Shown here piece after piece: positions 24,645-34,735 of a DNA stretch of 64,000 nucleotides. Both the position numbers and the translations under genes were made by a program. The stretch comes from Nitrosopumilus sp. (GTDB lineage Archaea; Thermoproteota; Nitrososphaeria; Nitrososphaerales; Nitrosopumilaceae), in the NCBI GenBank assembly GCA_965205215.1, contig OZ242041.1:1248001-1312000 (forward strand). The letters run 5' to 3'. The first letter of the stretch is position 1. Each line of letters starts with the position of its first letter. The notes beneath the pieces were generated by a model. That model was not told the DNA's origin. It searched no databases and saw only the letters and a program-made list of their open reading frames with translations.

Positions 24645-25649
24645 ATGCCGCCGAGTATACGAATGACTGCAAACGGCATCGTGTGCCGGGACGGATCGCA
24701 GGAGGTCTGGCTCGACCCAAAGGCGCCCGTTCCCGGGGCGGTAAACTTTGTGTCGCACGCGCACACCGACCACCTGCCGGCGGCCCGAAACGGGCGCGGT
24801 GGCGACCGCTGCACGCTGCTGGCATCCCGGCAGACGCACGCGATAGCCGCCGTGCGCGGGTTTCAGCTGGACGATCATTCCGAGCACGCCGACGGCTTTG
24901 AGATGGTCGACAGCGGCCACATCCTGGGATCAAAGGGGCTCCTGTTCGGCGAGACGTTCTATACGGGCGACGTCTGCACCCGCGACAGGGGGTTTCTGAG
25001 GGGGGCCAAGGTGCCCCGGTGCAAGACGCTGATTACGGAGTGCACGTTCGGGCTGCCGGAGTTCGAGTTTCCCCCCGTCCAAGACGTAACGGAGCGCGTA
25101 AACCGCCTCATATCCGAGATGTACGAGCGGAGCGTCCCGGTCGTACTGATGGGGTACCAGCTTGGCAAGGCCCAGACCCTGACCCGCCTGTTCGGGCACT
25201 GGATGCCTCTTTACTTTCATGACTCCGTGCTTGAGATGAACTCGCTGCACGGGCAGCTCGGCGTAAGCCTTGCCGGCGGCATCGGGCATACGGAGGCCGA
25301 GTCCAGAGGCCTGCTTGAGAGGAGGCCGTGGCTGATGATATCGCCAATGCTCTCCGAAAAGACCCGGTTCGTCCGGGATCTAAAGTCGAGGTACGGGGCC
25401 GTTACGATCGGATTCAGCGGGTGGGCAAAGTCCCCGCGGTTTGCGTTTGGCAGGAGGGCCGACTATTCTATACCGATGAGCGACCACTGCGACTACTCCG
25501 AACTGCTCCGGATGGTGCGGCAGTCGGGGGCGGAGACTGTGTATACGACGCACGGATTTGAAGAGGAGTTTGCGCGGGACTTGCAAAAGAAGCTTGGAAT
25601 CGACGCCGTGCCGCTGACTGCCGCGGGGGCCGGCGGTCCGGCGCACTGA
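24645..25649 (+). CDS. Metallo-beta-lactamase/beta-CASP nuclease
   Basis: SHAHTDH, SGHILGS, YTGD, ECTFG, GKAQ, SDHCDY, THG. Confidence 0.88.
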   Translation: MPPSIRMTANGIVCRDGSQEVWLDPKAPVPGAVNFVSHAHTDHLPAARNGRGGDRCTLLASRQTHAIAAVRGFQLDDHSEHADGFEMVDSGHILGSKGLLFGETFYTGDVCTRDRGFLRGAKVPRCKTLITECTFGLPEFEFPPVQDVTERVNRLISEMYERSVPVVLMGYQLGKAQTLTRLFGHWMPLYFHDSVLEMNSLHGQLGVSLAGGIGHTEAESRGLLERRPWLMISPMLSEKTRFVRDLKSRYGAVTIGFSGWAKSPRFAFGRRADYSIPMSDHCDYSELLRMVRQSGAETVYTTHGFEEEFARDLQKKLGIDAVPLTAAGAGGPAH

Positions 25650-25839
25650 CGGCCCTGCGCTTGCTGCCACACCCTGAGTTTGGCATTACATGGCAGACCA
25701 GACTGTTTGGGGGGAGGGGGGGGGGGAAAGAGAGGAGGTCCAAGCGCACAGATCCATACGGTGCTATTGTCCGGCCTGATACTCGTTCAGTCGCCCCCTT
25801 TGTCTCGGCTCACTGCAGACTCATTGATCGGGCCCTGAA

Positions 25840-27354
25840 CTAGGTTAAAAGCAGAAACATTGACGCGGGGATAATCACATAATCCTGTTTCACCTCCAGA
25901 TCTGATTTTGAAATGACGAGTCCGCTCTTGGTCTTGGTTTTGCCAAGAAAACTGACCAGCCCGGTTATCTCCTTGTGATTAATCCTGTTTCTGTATTTTA
26001 CTTCAATGGGGACCTCTATCCTGCCTCCGTCGTACAGAACAAAGTCTACCTCCTTATTTCTTTCATCTTTCCAGTAGAAGACGTGATTGCAATAGTCAAA
26101 GGTCTGCTTCTTCCTGCTTAGTAAAAAAGCCCACCGAATCAAGTGATCTGCAATTATGCCCTCTGCAATCCTACTCTGGTGGTCTTCCTTCTCAACGTAG
26201 TCTAGGCTGGCCTCGAAGCTGTCCTTTGTACTCATTAGGCCGTTGAATATGTGGAAGAAATAGGGGTCATGAAAATAGAATTTCCTGTCTTTTTGAATCA
26301 TCGGTATTCGCTTGTCAGTGCCATACAGGTGGATAATTGACAAAACAAACAGGTCTTTTAGTGTGTGTGCATAATCGAGGGCAGTGTTCGGGCTGCCTAG
26401 GGCTGCCTCTCTAGAAAGGCCGCTCCAGGATATGTGGCTGCCTTGGCTTTTAATCACTGCCCCGCAAAATTGTTTCAGCATGGTCTCATTTTTTCGAAGC
26501 TCGTTCCATTGGCCGGTCACACTTTCCAGATGCCTCGTATACAAGCCTTCATCAATGGTGGCCGTCTTGATCTTTTCATCTATTACTCCGGGCGTTCCTC
26601 CGGTTAGCATATACTCGCGTAAAATACCGTTTAACTCATCCTGATATGGATGAAGATCGTCCAAGATTTCGTCTATCTCTAGATTTAATAATTTCATAAA
26701 TACTGCTTCCCTGTGCGAGAATGAAAGAAGCTTGTCTTTGCAAATTATCTTCCTGATGTCATCATTTATCAACGGTGCATATTCTGAAAACTTCATCGGA
26801 AGTAGAATTTTGTCATAATTATCCTTGACTTTGCCCCTGCGGCCCGGCAGCTTCTCCGTAGCGTTTCTTATGTCGACTGCGTGCGATCCCGTGACCATGA
26901 CGGTACAATTTCTTAACTTGTTGCTGTCGACCAGCCATTTGATCCCCCTCTGCCAGTCCCGCACTGATGAGACTTCGTCTAAAAACAAATAACGGCGCTT
27001 GCCGTTATACTGTCTGGCGCTGATTCTGAGATAAGTCTCGACAATGTCGACCACGTCCTGCGGCGTGTTCGCCAAATCTAGCGAATAGTACAGAATGTTC
27101 CACGGGGAGACACCCTCTCCCAAAAACTCCTTTATCTGTAATTTGACGAGCGTTGTTTTGCCTACCTGCCTTGGGCCGCGAAGTGAATACACCACTGTAT
27201 TGGAGGGCTCAAACTTATAGTCAATCTCGTACTTGAGCCTGGGGACGTACCTTATCGCTGAGCCTTCCCATTCTTTGATTTTTTGATCGTCCAGTATGCT
27301 TGCCTTGTCTTTCCACCAGGGATTCAAATCTCGTACTGCGCTTTCGTAAACCAT
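25840..27354 (-). CDS. AAA+ ATPase (AAA_14/DUF4143-like) with C-terminal nuclease-like motif
   Basis: GPRQVGKTT, FLDEV, VTGS, YMLTGGTP, KFYFHDP, EVDFV...PIEVKY. AT-rich relative to its neighbours. Confidence 0.88.
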   Translation of the reverse strand: MVYESAVRDLNPWWKDKASILDDQKIKEWEGSAIRYVPRLKYEIDYKFEPSNTVVYSLRGPRQVGKTTLVKLQIKEFLGEGVSPWNILYYSLDLANTPQDVVDIVETYLRISARQYNGKRRYLFLDEVSSVRDWQRGIKWLVDSNKLRNCTVMVTGSHAVDIRNATEKLPGRRGKVKDNYDKILLPMKFSEYAPLINDDIRKIICKDKLLSFSHREAVFMKLLNLEIDEILDDLHPYQDELNGILREYMLTGGTPGVIDEKIKTATIDEGLYTRHLESVTGQWNELRKNETMLKQFCGAVIKSQGSHISWSGLSREAALGSPNTALDYAHTLKDLFVLSIIHLYGTDKRIPMIQKDRKFYFHDPYFFHIFNGLMSTKDSFEASLDYVEKEDHQSRIAEGIIADHLIRWAFLLSRKKQTFDYCNHVFYWKDERNKEVDFVLYDGGRIEVPIEVKYRNRINHKEITGLVSFLGKTKTKSGLVISKSDLEVKQDYVIIPASMFLLLT

Positions 27355-27362
27355 GTCTGATC

Positions 27363-27452
27363 TTACTGAACGATTCTTTATATATATTATTGAATTTACT
27401 GAACGTTTCTTTATATATATTATTGAATTTACTGAACGTTTCTTTATATATT
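27363..27452. repeat. 33-bp tandem repeat (~2.7 copies) containing TATA-like boxes
   Basis: ttactgaacg(a/t)ttctttatatatattattgaat starting at 27363, 27396 and 27429. Confidence 0.9.
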
Positions 27453-27497
27453 CTGCTCGATCCCCTGAACAGTCATTCTAAGTTGGCGCGGACCCCT

Positions 27498-27866
27498 TCA
27501 AACTAGGTGCTGGTTGTTCTTGCCTGCCTGCATGCCGCTGTCCGTCATTGCCGCCGCCGCAGCCATCGTAACGCCTGAAGCGCTTGCCTTCTCCCCCTCG
27601 TTTCTCGAGAACCCTGCCCGCATTCCGCGCCTATTTGTAAATTTGCTGCACGTGCAGCCGTCTGATAGGCATATCCCGGTGTTTCGAAGATGGTCGTGCG
27701 AAAAGTGGCCGCACCCCTCCGTCGTGCATATGCGCCTTTGCGCCTCTCTCTGTACTACGAGCTGTGCTATGGTGTTTGCCTTTGCCTTGTCGTATCCCCT
27801 CCTGTCCATGTAATAGTGGACTATTTTGCCGTACAGCACGTCTGGATTGAATTCTTTTTCAATCAT
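27498..27866 (-). CDS. Small hypothetical protein with a Cys/His cluster
   Basis: LYGKIVHYYMD...C-x4-C-x-H...H...C-x4-C-x-C; possible zinc binding. Confidence 0.7.
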   Translation of the reverse strand: MIEKEFNPDVLYGKIVHYYMDRRGYDKAKANTIAQLVVQREAQRRICTTEGCGHFSHDHLRNTGICLSDGCTCSKFTNRRGMRAGFSRNEGEKASASGVTMAAAAAMTDSGMQAGKNNQHLV

Positions 27867-29016
27867 ATCTGTAATACGGCTTTATCGTATTAAAACAGGA
27901 CGTACCGCGCCGCCCGGTTCGTGTATTTACTAGAGTGCCGCCCACTGAAAATTTCGCCTCATGCGCGGCGGTACAGGAATTTGCAGATGTCTGGCCTGGT
28001 TGAGTGCGCCCCGGAGCATTCTGGCATCGCGTGCGTCAGGCCCACCGGAATCCGCGCCTTGCGGAGATTGGGTCAGACGGCGCGCCCTGCGCAGGCCCCG
28101 GGATGTGCGGCCCCTGCGGGCGTCTGCCAAGGCCGCGGCCGCTGCATGCATGGTGCGGGACGCGGAGTATTCCGGTGCAGGGGAACGCTGCAGTCTCTGT
28201 CGCCAGATCCGCCTTCTGTTGCCGGCTGGCGTACCCCGCGTCCCAACCTACTCCTTGCAGAGTTCGAATCGAAAGTAACTCGAACTCAACCAGCAGTTAA
28301 ATCTCACTTTCCCCTGAACCTGCATGTTGACAGGCGTGAATCCGGATGGCAAAGTTTGAATCATAACCGTTCAAGACGCGTCGGCCCCGCCGTAACCGAG
28401 CCTGCCGCAGCCTGCCGCGGCAGGTGATGTCCGGACTGTGGGCAACCTGCACTCCGCGCGCTGTCTTGAACCCGCGACTCCTGCGAGTCTGGCATGATGG
28501 CACCTTGCTGTGGCGTTGTGTTCGCGACTCTTTTGCCCCAACCAGGCCCTCCGCAATCCGTGTCAGAAGCTTGCAACCGCTCGTCGTGCCATGTGGACAT
28601 CTCTGGCACTGTTCGGTTATTGTACTATATGACCTTATATTATGACTATCGCGCTTTGGCAACATGACATGCGCCCCGTTTTCAGGCAGACAGGGTGCGT
28701 GCGATGCTCGTGCTTATGGTCATTATCGGGGGGGGGGGGAGAGGGGTACTCGCGTCGCTTCCTGTTGCCGCACCGGTAGAGGCGGCCGTTGTCACACATG
28801 CCTCCAGAGCTGTGCTGGTGGGGGAGTGCGCGTCAGGCGATCCGGCCCTGATCAAGGCGCAGCTCGACCGGCAGGCTGAGGGCCATTCCATGAGGGATGT
28901 CGGCGGCGATCTAGATGTCTGTGTCACTCACTTCACGACATCGTCAGTAGTAGCCCGTGAGCTGCAGGTAACCCGCGGCGAACAGAAGAGAAATCCAGAT
29001 CGGGGGGGATGGTGAC

Positions 29017-30111
29017 TTGTCGGACGTGGAATTCTGGACTTGGCTCGCATCCGAACCCGCAAGAATCGCAGACTTCGCTCGGCGTGCCGAGGCGCAGGGC
29101 TGGGACGGCGTCGGGGCGGGGGACTCCCAGAGCCGGACGGGAGACCCCTACGTACGCCTCGCGTTCGCAGCCGCCGTAACCGACACGCTTGGTCTTGCCA
29201 CTTCCGTGACGAACCCCGTCACCCGTCACGCCTCGGTGACCGCCACCGCGGCATTTACGATCCAGCGCCTCTCGCGGGGCCGTATGGTCGTCGGCATTGG
29301 CCGCGGCGACAGTGCCCTTGCGCACCTTGGCCGCGCGCCGGCTCGTCTGAAGTGGTTTGAGGCCTATCTTGGACAGCTCCAGACCTACCTTTCTGGCGGT
29401 GAGGTAGGTTTTGACGAATCCAACATACCCGACGAGGTGGCGCCCCTGGTGGACCGGCTCAGTCTCGCGAAAGCGCCCGAGGCCAGCTCCATCCGCTGGG
29501 CCGGAGATGAACCGGACGAGCCGAAGGTGCCGGTCGAAGTCGCTGCAACAGGGCCTCGCGTCATCGGCATCGCCGCCCGGCAGGCCGACAGGATCATGCT
29601 AGCCGTTGGCGCCGACCCCAGGCGCATTGCTTGGGGCATCTCGGCTGCGCGCGAGGCGGCTCGCCTCGCCGATCGGGATGTCGACAGCCTCGGGTTTGGC
29701 GCTCACGTCAATGTAATCTGCGCCGACGATCCAGCCGTGGCCCGCAAGCTTGGTTGCTCCTCCGTAGGGTTGTTCGCTCGCTTCTCCGCAATGTACGGCG
29801 AAGCGGCAGGTCCGGCCGACGACTCGCAAGTCGAGGTCTTTCGTCGGTTGCACGACCGCTACGACATGAACGAGCACGGCCGGCAGGCCGGGCAGCAGGT
29901 CACGGCCCTCACAGACGATTTTATAGATAGATACGCGATTGTCGGATCTCCGGAGTATTGCGCCGACAGGTTGACCGAGCTCTGGAAACTCGGAGTGACG
30001 AAGTTTGCTATAGTCGGCCCGAATTTTATCACGTCAACCCATGAGACCGAAGCGGCCGCGGCGCGGTTTACAGACGAGGTGCTGCCTCTTCTGCGGCAAT
30101 GTTATTGTTAG
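29017..30111 (+). CDS. LLM-class flavin/F420-dependent oxidoreductase (Mer-like)
   Basis: GDSQ...DPY, VTNPVTRH, GIGRGDSA, VAATGPR, IVGSPEYC. Confidence 0.88.
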   Translation: MSDVEFWTWLASEPARIADFARRAEAQGWDGVGAGDSQSRTGDPYVRLAFAAAVTDTLGLATSVTNPVTRHASVTATAAFTIQRLSRGRMVVGIGRGDSALAHLGRAPARLKWFEAYLGQLQTYLSGGEVGFDESNIPDEVAPLVDRLSLAKAPEASSIRWAGDEPDEPKVPVEVAATGPRVIGIAARQADRIMLAVGADPRRIAWGISAAREAARLADRDVDSLGFGAHVNVICADDPAVARKLGCSSVGLFARFSAMYGEAAGPADDSQVEVFRRLHDRYDMNEHGRQAGQQVTALTDDFIDRYAIVGSPEYCADRLTELWKLGVTKFAIVGPNFITSTHETEAAAARFTDEVLPLLRQCYC

Positions 30112-30272
30112 TGAGCTGTCGGCGGTGTCGTTGGGGGGGGGGGGGAGGAGGAAGAAGGAGAGGAGAAAAAAGTAAACGTCCAGTTTGCCACAGGCGCGTG
30201 GGAACGGCCACGATTATCGTTTACATTCACCGGACAGGCCTGCGGATCCGGCCGGATTAGAATTACTGCGAC

Positions 30273-31754
30273 TCAAGTCAGTACGACTCCTATGTCCATC
30301 AGATTTGTGTGCGTGGGTCCCGTCCTGATGAGCGACGGCGGCATGGCCCCGCCGCTCTCGCTTCTTTTGCGCCGACCAAAGAACCCCCCCGAGTCGCTGT
30401 TCCTTATCGCGTCGTTTATCAGTCCGATGTCTACGCTCTCGTTTTCTGCAATGGCCCCTGCGTTTATGGAGTTGCCGTCGATTCCGTCCGTGCCCGCCGA
30501 CGCGATTACCAGCCTTCTCCCCCTTCTCCTCTTCCTGTCCTGCCCCGCGGCGCCGCGCATCCTCTGGCTCTTTTTGAGGAGCCTGAGCACCATCTCCTGG
30601 TTCCTGCCGCCTATGCCGCGCCCGAGTACCTTGATCGTGGCCTCCCCCCCGAATATGACGCACCTGCGCCCGTCAGGCGGTATCTCGCCATAAACTGCGT
30701 CTGCGGCCTCTTTGATGTCGCCAAACACCTGGAGCGGTGTGGAATCAGACGGCCCGTACCCGAGCCTTTTGGCGGCCGCGACCATCGCCTCCAGGCAGTC
30801 CCTATTTCTTGCAATCACATAGTTTCCCATCATGCGGCCCGTGCCGGAACCGGCGGACTCTGCGGGGCCGTCACGTCGCTCCCGGGCCCCTTTGCAGAGG
30901 TGGTCGATGACTGCCTTGTCTGCCTTTTTTGACAGCCCGTACCTGGCAATCACTCCAAGCGCCGCCTCGTACCTGTCGTGCCGCCTGCCGTCCTCGCCGC
31001 CTGCGGCCTCTCCCAGGTACGTGGGGCCTGACGCTATGCTTGCAACGTCGTCGCCCTCGACGTCTGACATTATCAGGCTCACTGCGTCGCACCTGAGTTG
31101 CCCCGCCAGCCTCCCGCCCTTTACGCCGGAGAGGGCGCTTCTCACGGTGTTGATCTCGCGTATCGGCGCGCCGCACCTGAGCAGCAGGTTGGTCATGTGC
31201 ACCTTTTGGCCCAGCGTGATTCCGTCGGGAAGTGCAAGCAGTGACGATCCCCCGCCCGATATCAGGAATATCACGAGATCGCCGCGCCTCCTTGCGCGCA
31301 GAAACTTGATGGACTCCTTTGCGGCCCTGACGCTCGTCTTGTCCGGCACCGGGTGGCCCGCGTTGAATATCCGGAACTTTCTGCCCCTTATGGCGGACTT
31401 GGACCCCCTTGGAATCGTTATGACGCCGCCGGACAGCCTGTCCTGCAGTATGCCGTTTGCGGCCCTGGTCATAGAGTCCGCCGCCTTGCCAAACGCCACC
31501 GTGTATACGCCGCTATAGTCGTCTAGGCGCACGGTCGCGCCGGTGCCGGGCGTGCATATCCTGTCCTCCTTTACGTATCTTGGTATGAATATGGCCGGAT
31601 CCGCCGCGGCCAGCCCCGCCTCCAGAATGGAGATGCAGTCCCTCCGCCTGTCGCTTTCTGCGATTATCTCCTCCCTGCTCGATATGGATATGGTGGCGGT
31701 GGTGGTGTCACCGACGTTGCTGCTGCCATTGTGGTTGTCGCCCCCGGACTGCAA
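30273..31754 (-). CDS. Glycerate kinase (DUF4147/MOFRL family); start uncertain
   Basis: FGKAA, AGHPVPD, LISGGGSSL, IASGPT, GGEAT, GGRNQE, GTDGIDG, TGPTHTNLMD. Confidence 0.9.
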   Translation of the reverse strand: MQSGGDNHNGSSNVGDTTTATISISSREEIIAESDRRRDCISILEAGLAAADPAIFIPRYVKEDRICTPGTGATVRLDDYSGVYTVAFGKAADSMTRAANGILQDRLSGGVITIPRGSKSAIRGRKFRIFNAGHPVPDKTSVRAAKESIKFLRARRRGDLVIFLISGGGSSLLALPDGITLGQKVHMTNLLLRCGAPIREINTVRSALSGVKGGRLAGQLRCDAVSLIMSDVEGDDVASIASGPTYLGEAAGGEDGRRHDRYEAALGVIARYGLSKKADKAVIDHLCKGARERRDGPAESAGSGTGRMMGNYVIARNRDCLEAMVAAAKRLGYGPSDSTPLQVFGDIKEAADAVYGEIPPDGRRCVIFGGEATIKVLGRGIGGRNQEMVLRLLKKSQRMRGAAGQDRKRRRGRRLVIASAGTDGIDGNSINAGAIAENESVDIGLINDAIRNSDSGGFFGRRKRSESGGAMPPSLIRTGPTHTNLMDIGVVLT

Positions 31755-31785
31755 GATATAATAATGAACCACATCTCGGCCATTT

Positions 31786-32730
31786 ATGCACACCGTGCGC
31801 ATCCCGAAGATCATCAACTTTGGCAAGGACGCCCTGTCTCAGACCGAGTATCCTAGAAACGCGCTCATAGTCACCACGGTCCCGCCGGAGCTGTCCGACA
31901 AGTGGACCTCCAAGATGGGAATAAAGGACTTTATGCTGTACGACAAGGTGACGCCGGAGCCGTCGATTGAGGACGTCAATGCCGTGATATCGCAGTTCAA
32001 GGACAAGGATCCCTCCGTCCTGATAGGGCTCGGGGGCGGGAGCTCGATGGACGTGGTAAAGTACGCGGCTCCCGAAATGAAAAAGGAGAAGATATTGATA
32101 CCGACCACCTTTGGGACTGGCGCCGAGATGACCACCTACTGCGTGCTAAAGTTCGAGGGCAAGAAGAAGCTGCTCCGAGAGGACAGGTTCCTTGCCGACA
32201 TGGCAGTGGTTGACTCGTACTTTATGGACGGCACGCCGGAACAGGTAATCAAGAACTCCGTGTGCGACGCGTGCGCGCAGGCCACGGAGGGGTACGACAG
32301 CAAGATTGGAAACGACATGACAAGGACGCTGTGCAAGCAGGCGTTTGACATTCTGTACGCCGCCATCATGGAGGACAGGCCGGAGGACTATCCCTACGGT
32401 TCCATGCTCTCCGGCATGGGATTTGGCAACTGCTCGACTACGCTTGGACACGCGCTCTCCTACGTGTTTTCAAACGAGGGAGTGCCCCACGGGTACTCGC
32501 TGTCGTCGTGCACCACGGTGGCGCACAAGCACAACAAGTCGGTATTCTATGAGAGGTTCAAGGAGGCGATGGAAAAGCTCGGATTTGACAGGCTCGAGCT
32601 AAAGGCAGACGTGTCGGAAGCCGCCGACGTGGTCATGACCGACCGCGGGCACCTGGATCCCAACCCTATACCGATATCAAAGGGGGATGTCGTAAAGTGC
32701 CTAGAGGACATCAAGGCCGGCAACCTGTGA
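31786..32730 (+). CDS. Iron-containing alcohol dehydrogenase, probable malonic semialdehyde reductase of the thaumarchaeal 3HP/4HB cycle
   Basis: GLGGGSSMD, PTTFGTGAE, GHALSY, VPHG. Closely resembles my recollection of N. maritimus Nmar_1110 (not verified by search). Confidence 0.8.
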   Translation: MHTVRIPKIINFGKDALSQTEYPRNALIVTTVPPELSDKWTSKMGIKDFMLYDKVTPEPSIEDVNAVISQFKDKDPSVLIGLGGGSSMDVVKYAAPEMKKEKILIPTTFGTGAEMTTYCVLKFEGKKKLLREDRFLADMAVVDSYFMDGTPEQVIKNSVCDACAQATEGYDSKIGNDMTRTLCKQAFDILYAAIMEDRPEDYPYGSMLSGMGFGNCSTTLGHALSYVFSNEGVPHGYSLSSCTTVAHKHNKSVFYERFKEAMEKLGFDRLELKADVSEAADVVMTDRGHLDPNPIPISKGDVVKCLEDIKAGNL

Positions 32731-32916
32731 GCATCTGCCTTTTCTGATCTTTTCTGCCGATTGCGTGATGGTACCGTCTTCTTCTTCTTCTTCTTCTGCC
32801 TGTGCTTCCCGCGGCGCCGGGGCCGCTGCCATTTATACGCCATAAGCCACCCGCAAGCAGCGCCCGACCCCTGCCCATCGATACACTTTTGTATTCTCAC
32901 ACAGGAGTTTTCATGA

Positions 32917-34020
32917 ATGGGCAGGACTGGGATAAAGTTTGGGATTCAGAACGGGCTGAATGTGGCCCGCGCCGGCTATACGGAGGACCAGATCCTGACT
33001 GCCTGCACGCTTGCCGACAGGACTGGTTATGACTCCATATTCTACATGGATCATACGAATGTCCCGCAGTGGACCAATGCCATTGTGCTTGACCCCTGGG
33101 TCATGCTGTCCGCAATTGCGGCCGTCACTAACAACGTGGAGCTCGGGACGTGCGTAACGGACGCCATCCGCAGGCACCCCTCAAACATCGCCCTTGCGGC
33201 AATCACGCTTGATCGCGTCTCAAAGGGCAGGGCCATACTCGGCATAGGCGCCGGCGAGGCTCAGAACCTCAAGGAGTTCTGCATTCCGTTTGAAAAGCCC
33301 GTCTCAAAGTGGGAGGAGCAGATAGAGGTCGTACACACCCTCTATGACTCGACGCCGGACAACACCGTGGACTATGACGGCAAGTACTACAAGCTGGAGG
33401 GGGCCTGCCTGCAGGCGCCGCCGATCAGGAAGCCCAGGCCGCCCACGTACATGGCGGCCGGCGGCAAGCGCACGCTCGCCCTCACGGGCAAGCTCGGCGA
33501 CGGCTGGCTTCCCATCGGGTACACTCCGGAGCTCTTCGAGGACCACGCGGGCCAGATCAAGGCGTCAATGGACGCAAGCGGCCGGACGCAGGAGGAGAAG
33601 GACAACTTTGAGTACGCGCTGGACATAGACGTGTACTTTTCAGACGACTCTGAGGAGTCGTGGGCGCGCATGAAGGAGGCCGTAAAGGTGAGCCTCTTCA
33701 AGCCCGAGATACTGCGGGTGCATGGACTCAAGGAGATAGAGGGCTTTGACTTTAGAAAGTACTTTACGGAATACTCGATGTCAAACCAGGACTGGATAGT
33801 AAAGATGAGGGAGGCGGCAACGAAGATTCCGGACCCGATTGCGCGCTCGTCCACCGCCGTGGGAACCCCCGACGACGTGATACCGATATTCGAGAGGTTC
33901 ATGGAGGCCGGCGTCAACCACTTTGTCATCAGGTTCTGGGGCAAGAACTATTTCGGCTCGATTGACAAGTTTGCCAGCCACGTGATGCCCGCTCTGCGCG
34001 AAAAGGCGGCCGCGGCGTGA
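32917..34020 (+). CDS. LLM-class (luciferase-like) oxidoreductase
   Basis: MDH, DPWVMLSAIAA, GTCVTD..RRHP, GIGAGE, GDGWLP, GTPDD. Confidence 0.9.
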   Translation: MGRTGIKFGIQNGLNVARAGYTEDQILTACTLADRTGYDSIFYMDHTNVPQWTNAIVLDPWVMLSAIAAVTNNVELGTCVTDAIRRHPSNIALAAITLDRVSKGRAILGIGAGEAQNLKEFCIPFEKPVSKWEEQIEVVHTLYDSTPDNTVDYDGKYYKLEGACLQAPPIRKPRPPTYMAAGGKRTLALTGKLGDGWLPIGYTPELFEDHAGQIKASMDASGRTQEEKDNFEYALDIDVYFSDDSEESWARMKEAVKVSLFKPEILRVHGLKEIEGFDFRKYFTEYSMSNQDWIVKMREAATKIPDPIARSSTAVGTPDDVIPIFERFMEAGVNHFVIRFWGKNYFGSIDKFASHVMPALREKAAAA

Positions 34021-34100
34021 CTGCCGCACCCGCAACATCTGTTCCACGCTGCCCGTGCCTGCACATTTGATTTATAGCACTATGCGGGGTACCTCCCCCC

Positions 34101-34733
34101 ATGCAGCATGCGGGCATACTGCGCATCAAATCCCGGGAAAAGATGATCGAGTTCCTTGACTCTGAGCACATAGGGCGGATCGCAAGCATAGACCGCGACG
34201 GGTACCCGCAGGTCATACCGATGAACTTTGCGTACATTGACGGATCCGTATACATGCACTCGCACACGCGCGGCGAAAAGCTAGACAACGTCGCCCGTAA
34301 CCCGAGGGTCGGATTCGAGGTCGACAGGGAGCTGGAGTTCCTGCCGTCCTACTTTGAGGATCCGCTCGACGCGTCGGTTGCCGACACGCTGTACATCAGC
34401 GTGGTGATAAAGGGCGCGTGCAGCATCGTCTCCGACCGCGGCGAGAAGACGCTTGCGCTCAACGGCCTCATGGCAAAGTACCAGCCGGAGGGCCACTACG
34501 AGCCGATCAGGCCCGACATGGGGGTGGTCGACGCGGTCGCCATCCTGAAGATCACGCCTGAGGTCATGCACGGCAAGTACAAGATAGGGCAGCACATGAG
34601 CCGGGAGCGCCGCCGGGAGCTCGCAGGCCAGATACTCGGGCGCGGCTCCCCGACGGCCGCGGAGACGCTCCGCATAATGGGGTTCGAGGTGACTGATGAT
34701 GGGCCCCGGATGGTCGACGAGCCGGTGTGGTGA
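34101..34733 (+). CDS. Pyridoxamine 5'-phosphate oxidase-like flavin-binding protein
   Basis: GRIAS...PQVIPMNF, HS...GEK, NPRVGFEVD, YISVVIKG. Confidence 0.85.
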   Translation: MQHAGILRIKSREKMIEFLDSEHIGRIASIDRDGYPQVIPMNFAYIDGSVYMHSHTRGEKLDNVARNPRVGFEVDRELEFLPSYFEDPLDASVADTLYISVVIKGACSIVSDRGEKTLALNGLMAKYQPEGHYEPIRPDMGVVDAVAILKITPEVMHGKYKIGQHMSRERRRELAGQILGRGSPTAAETLRIMGFEVTDDGPRMVDEPVW

Positions 34734-34735
34734 TC

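Noticed and set aside
27363-27452. CRISPR array
   Set aside because: The 33-bp units are head-to-tail with no spacers, and no cas genes are nearby.
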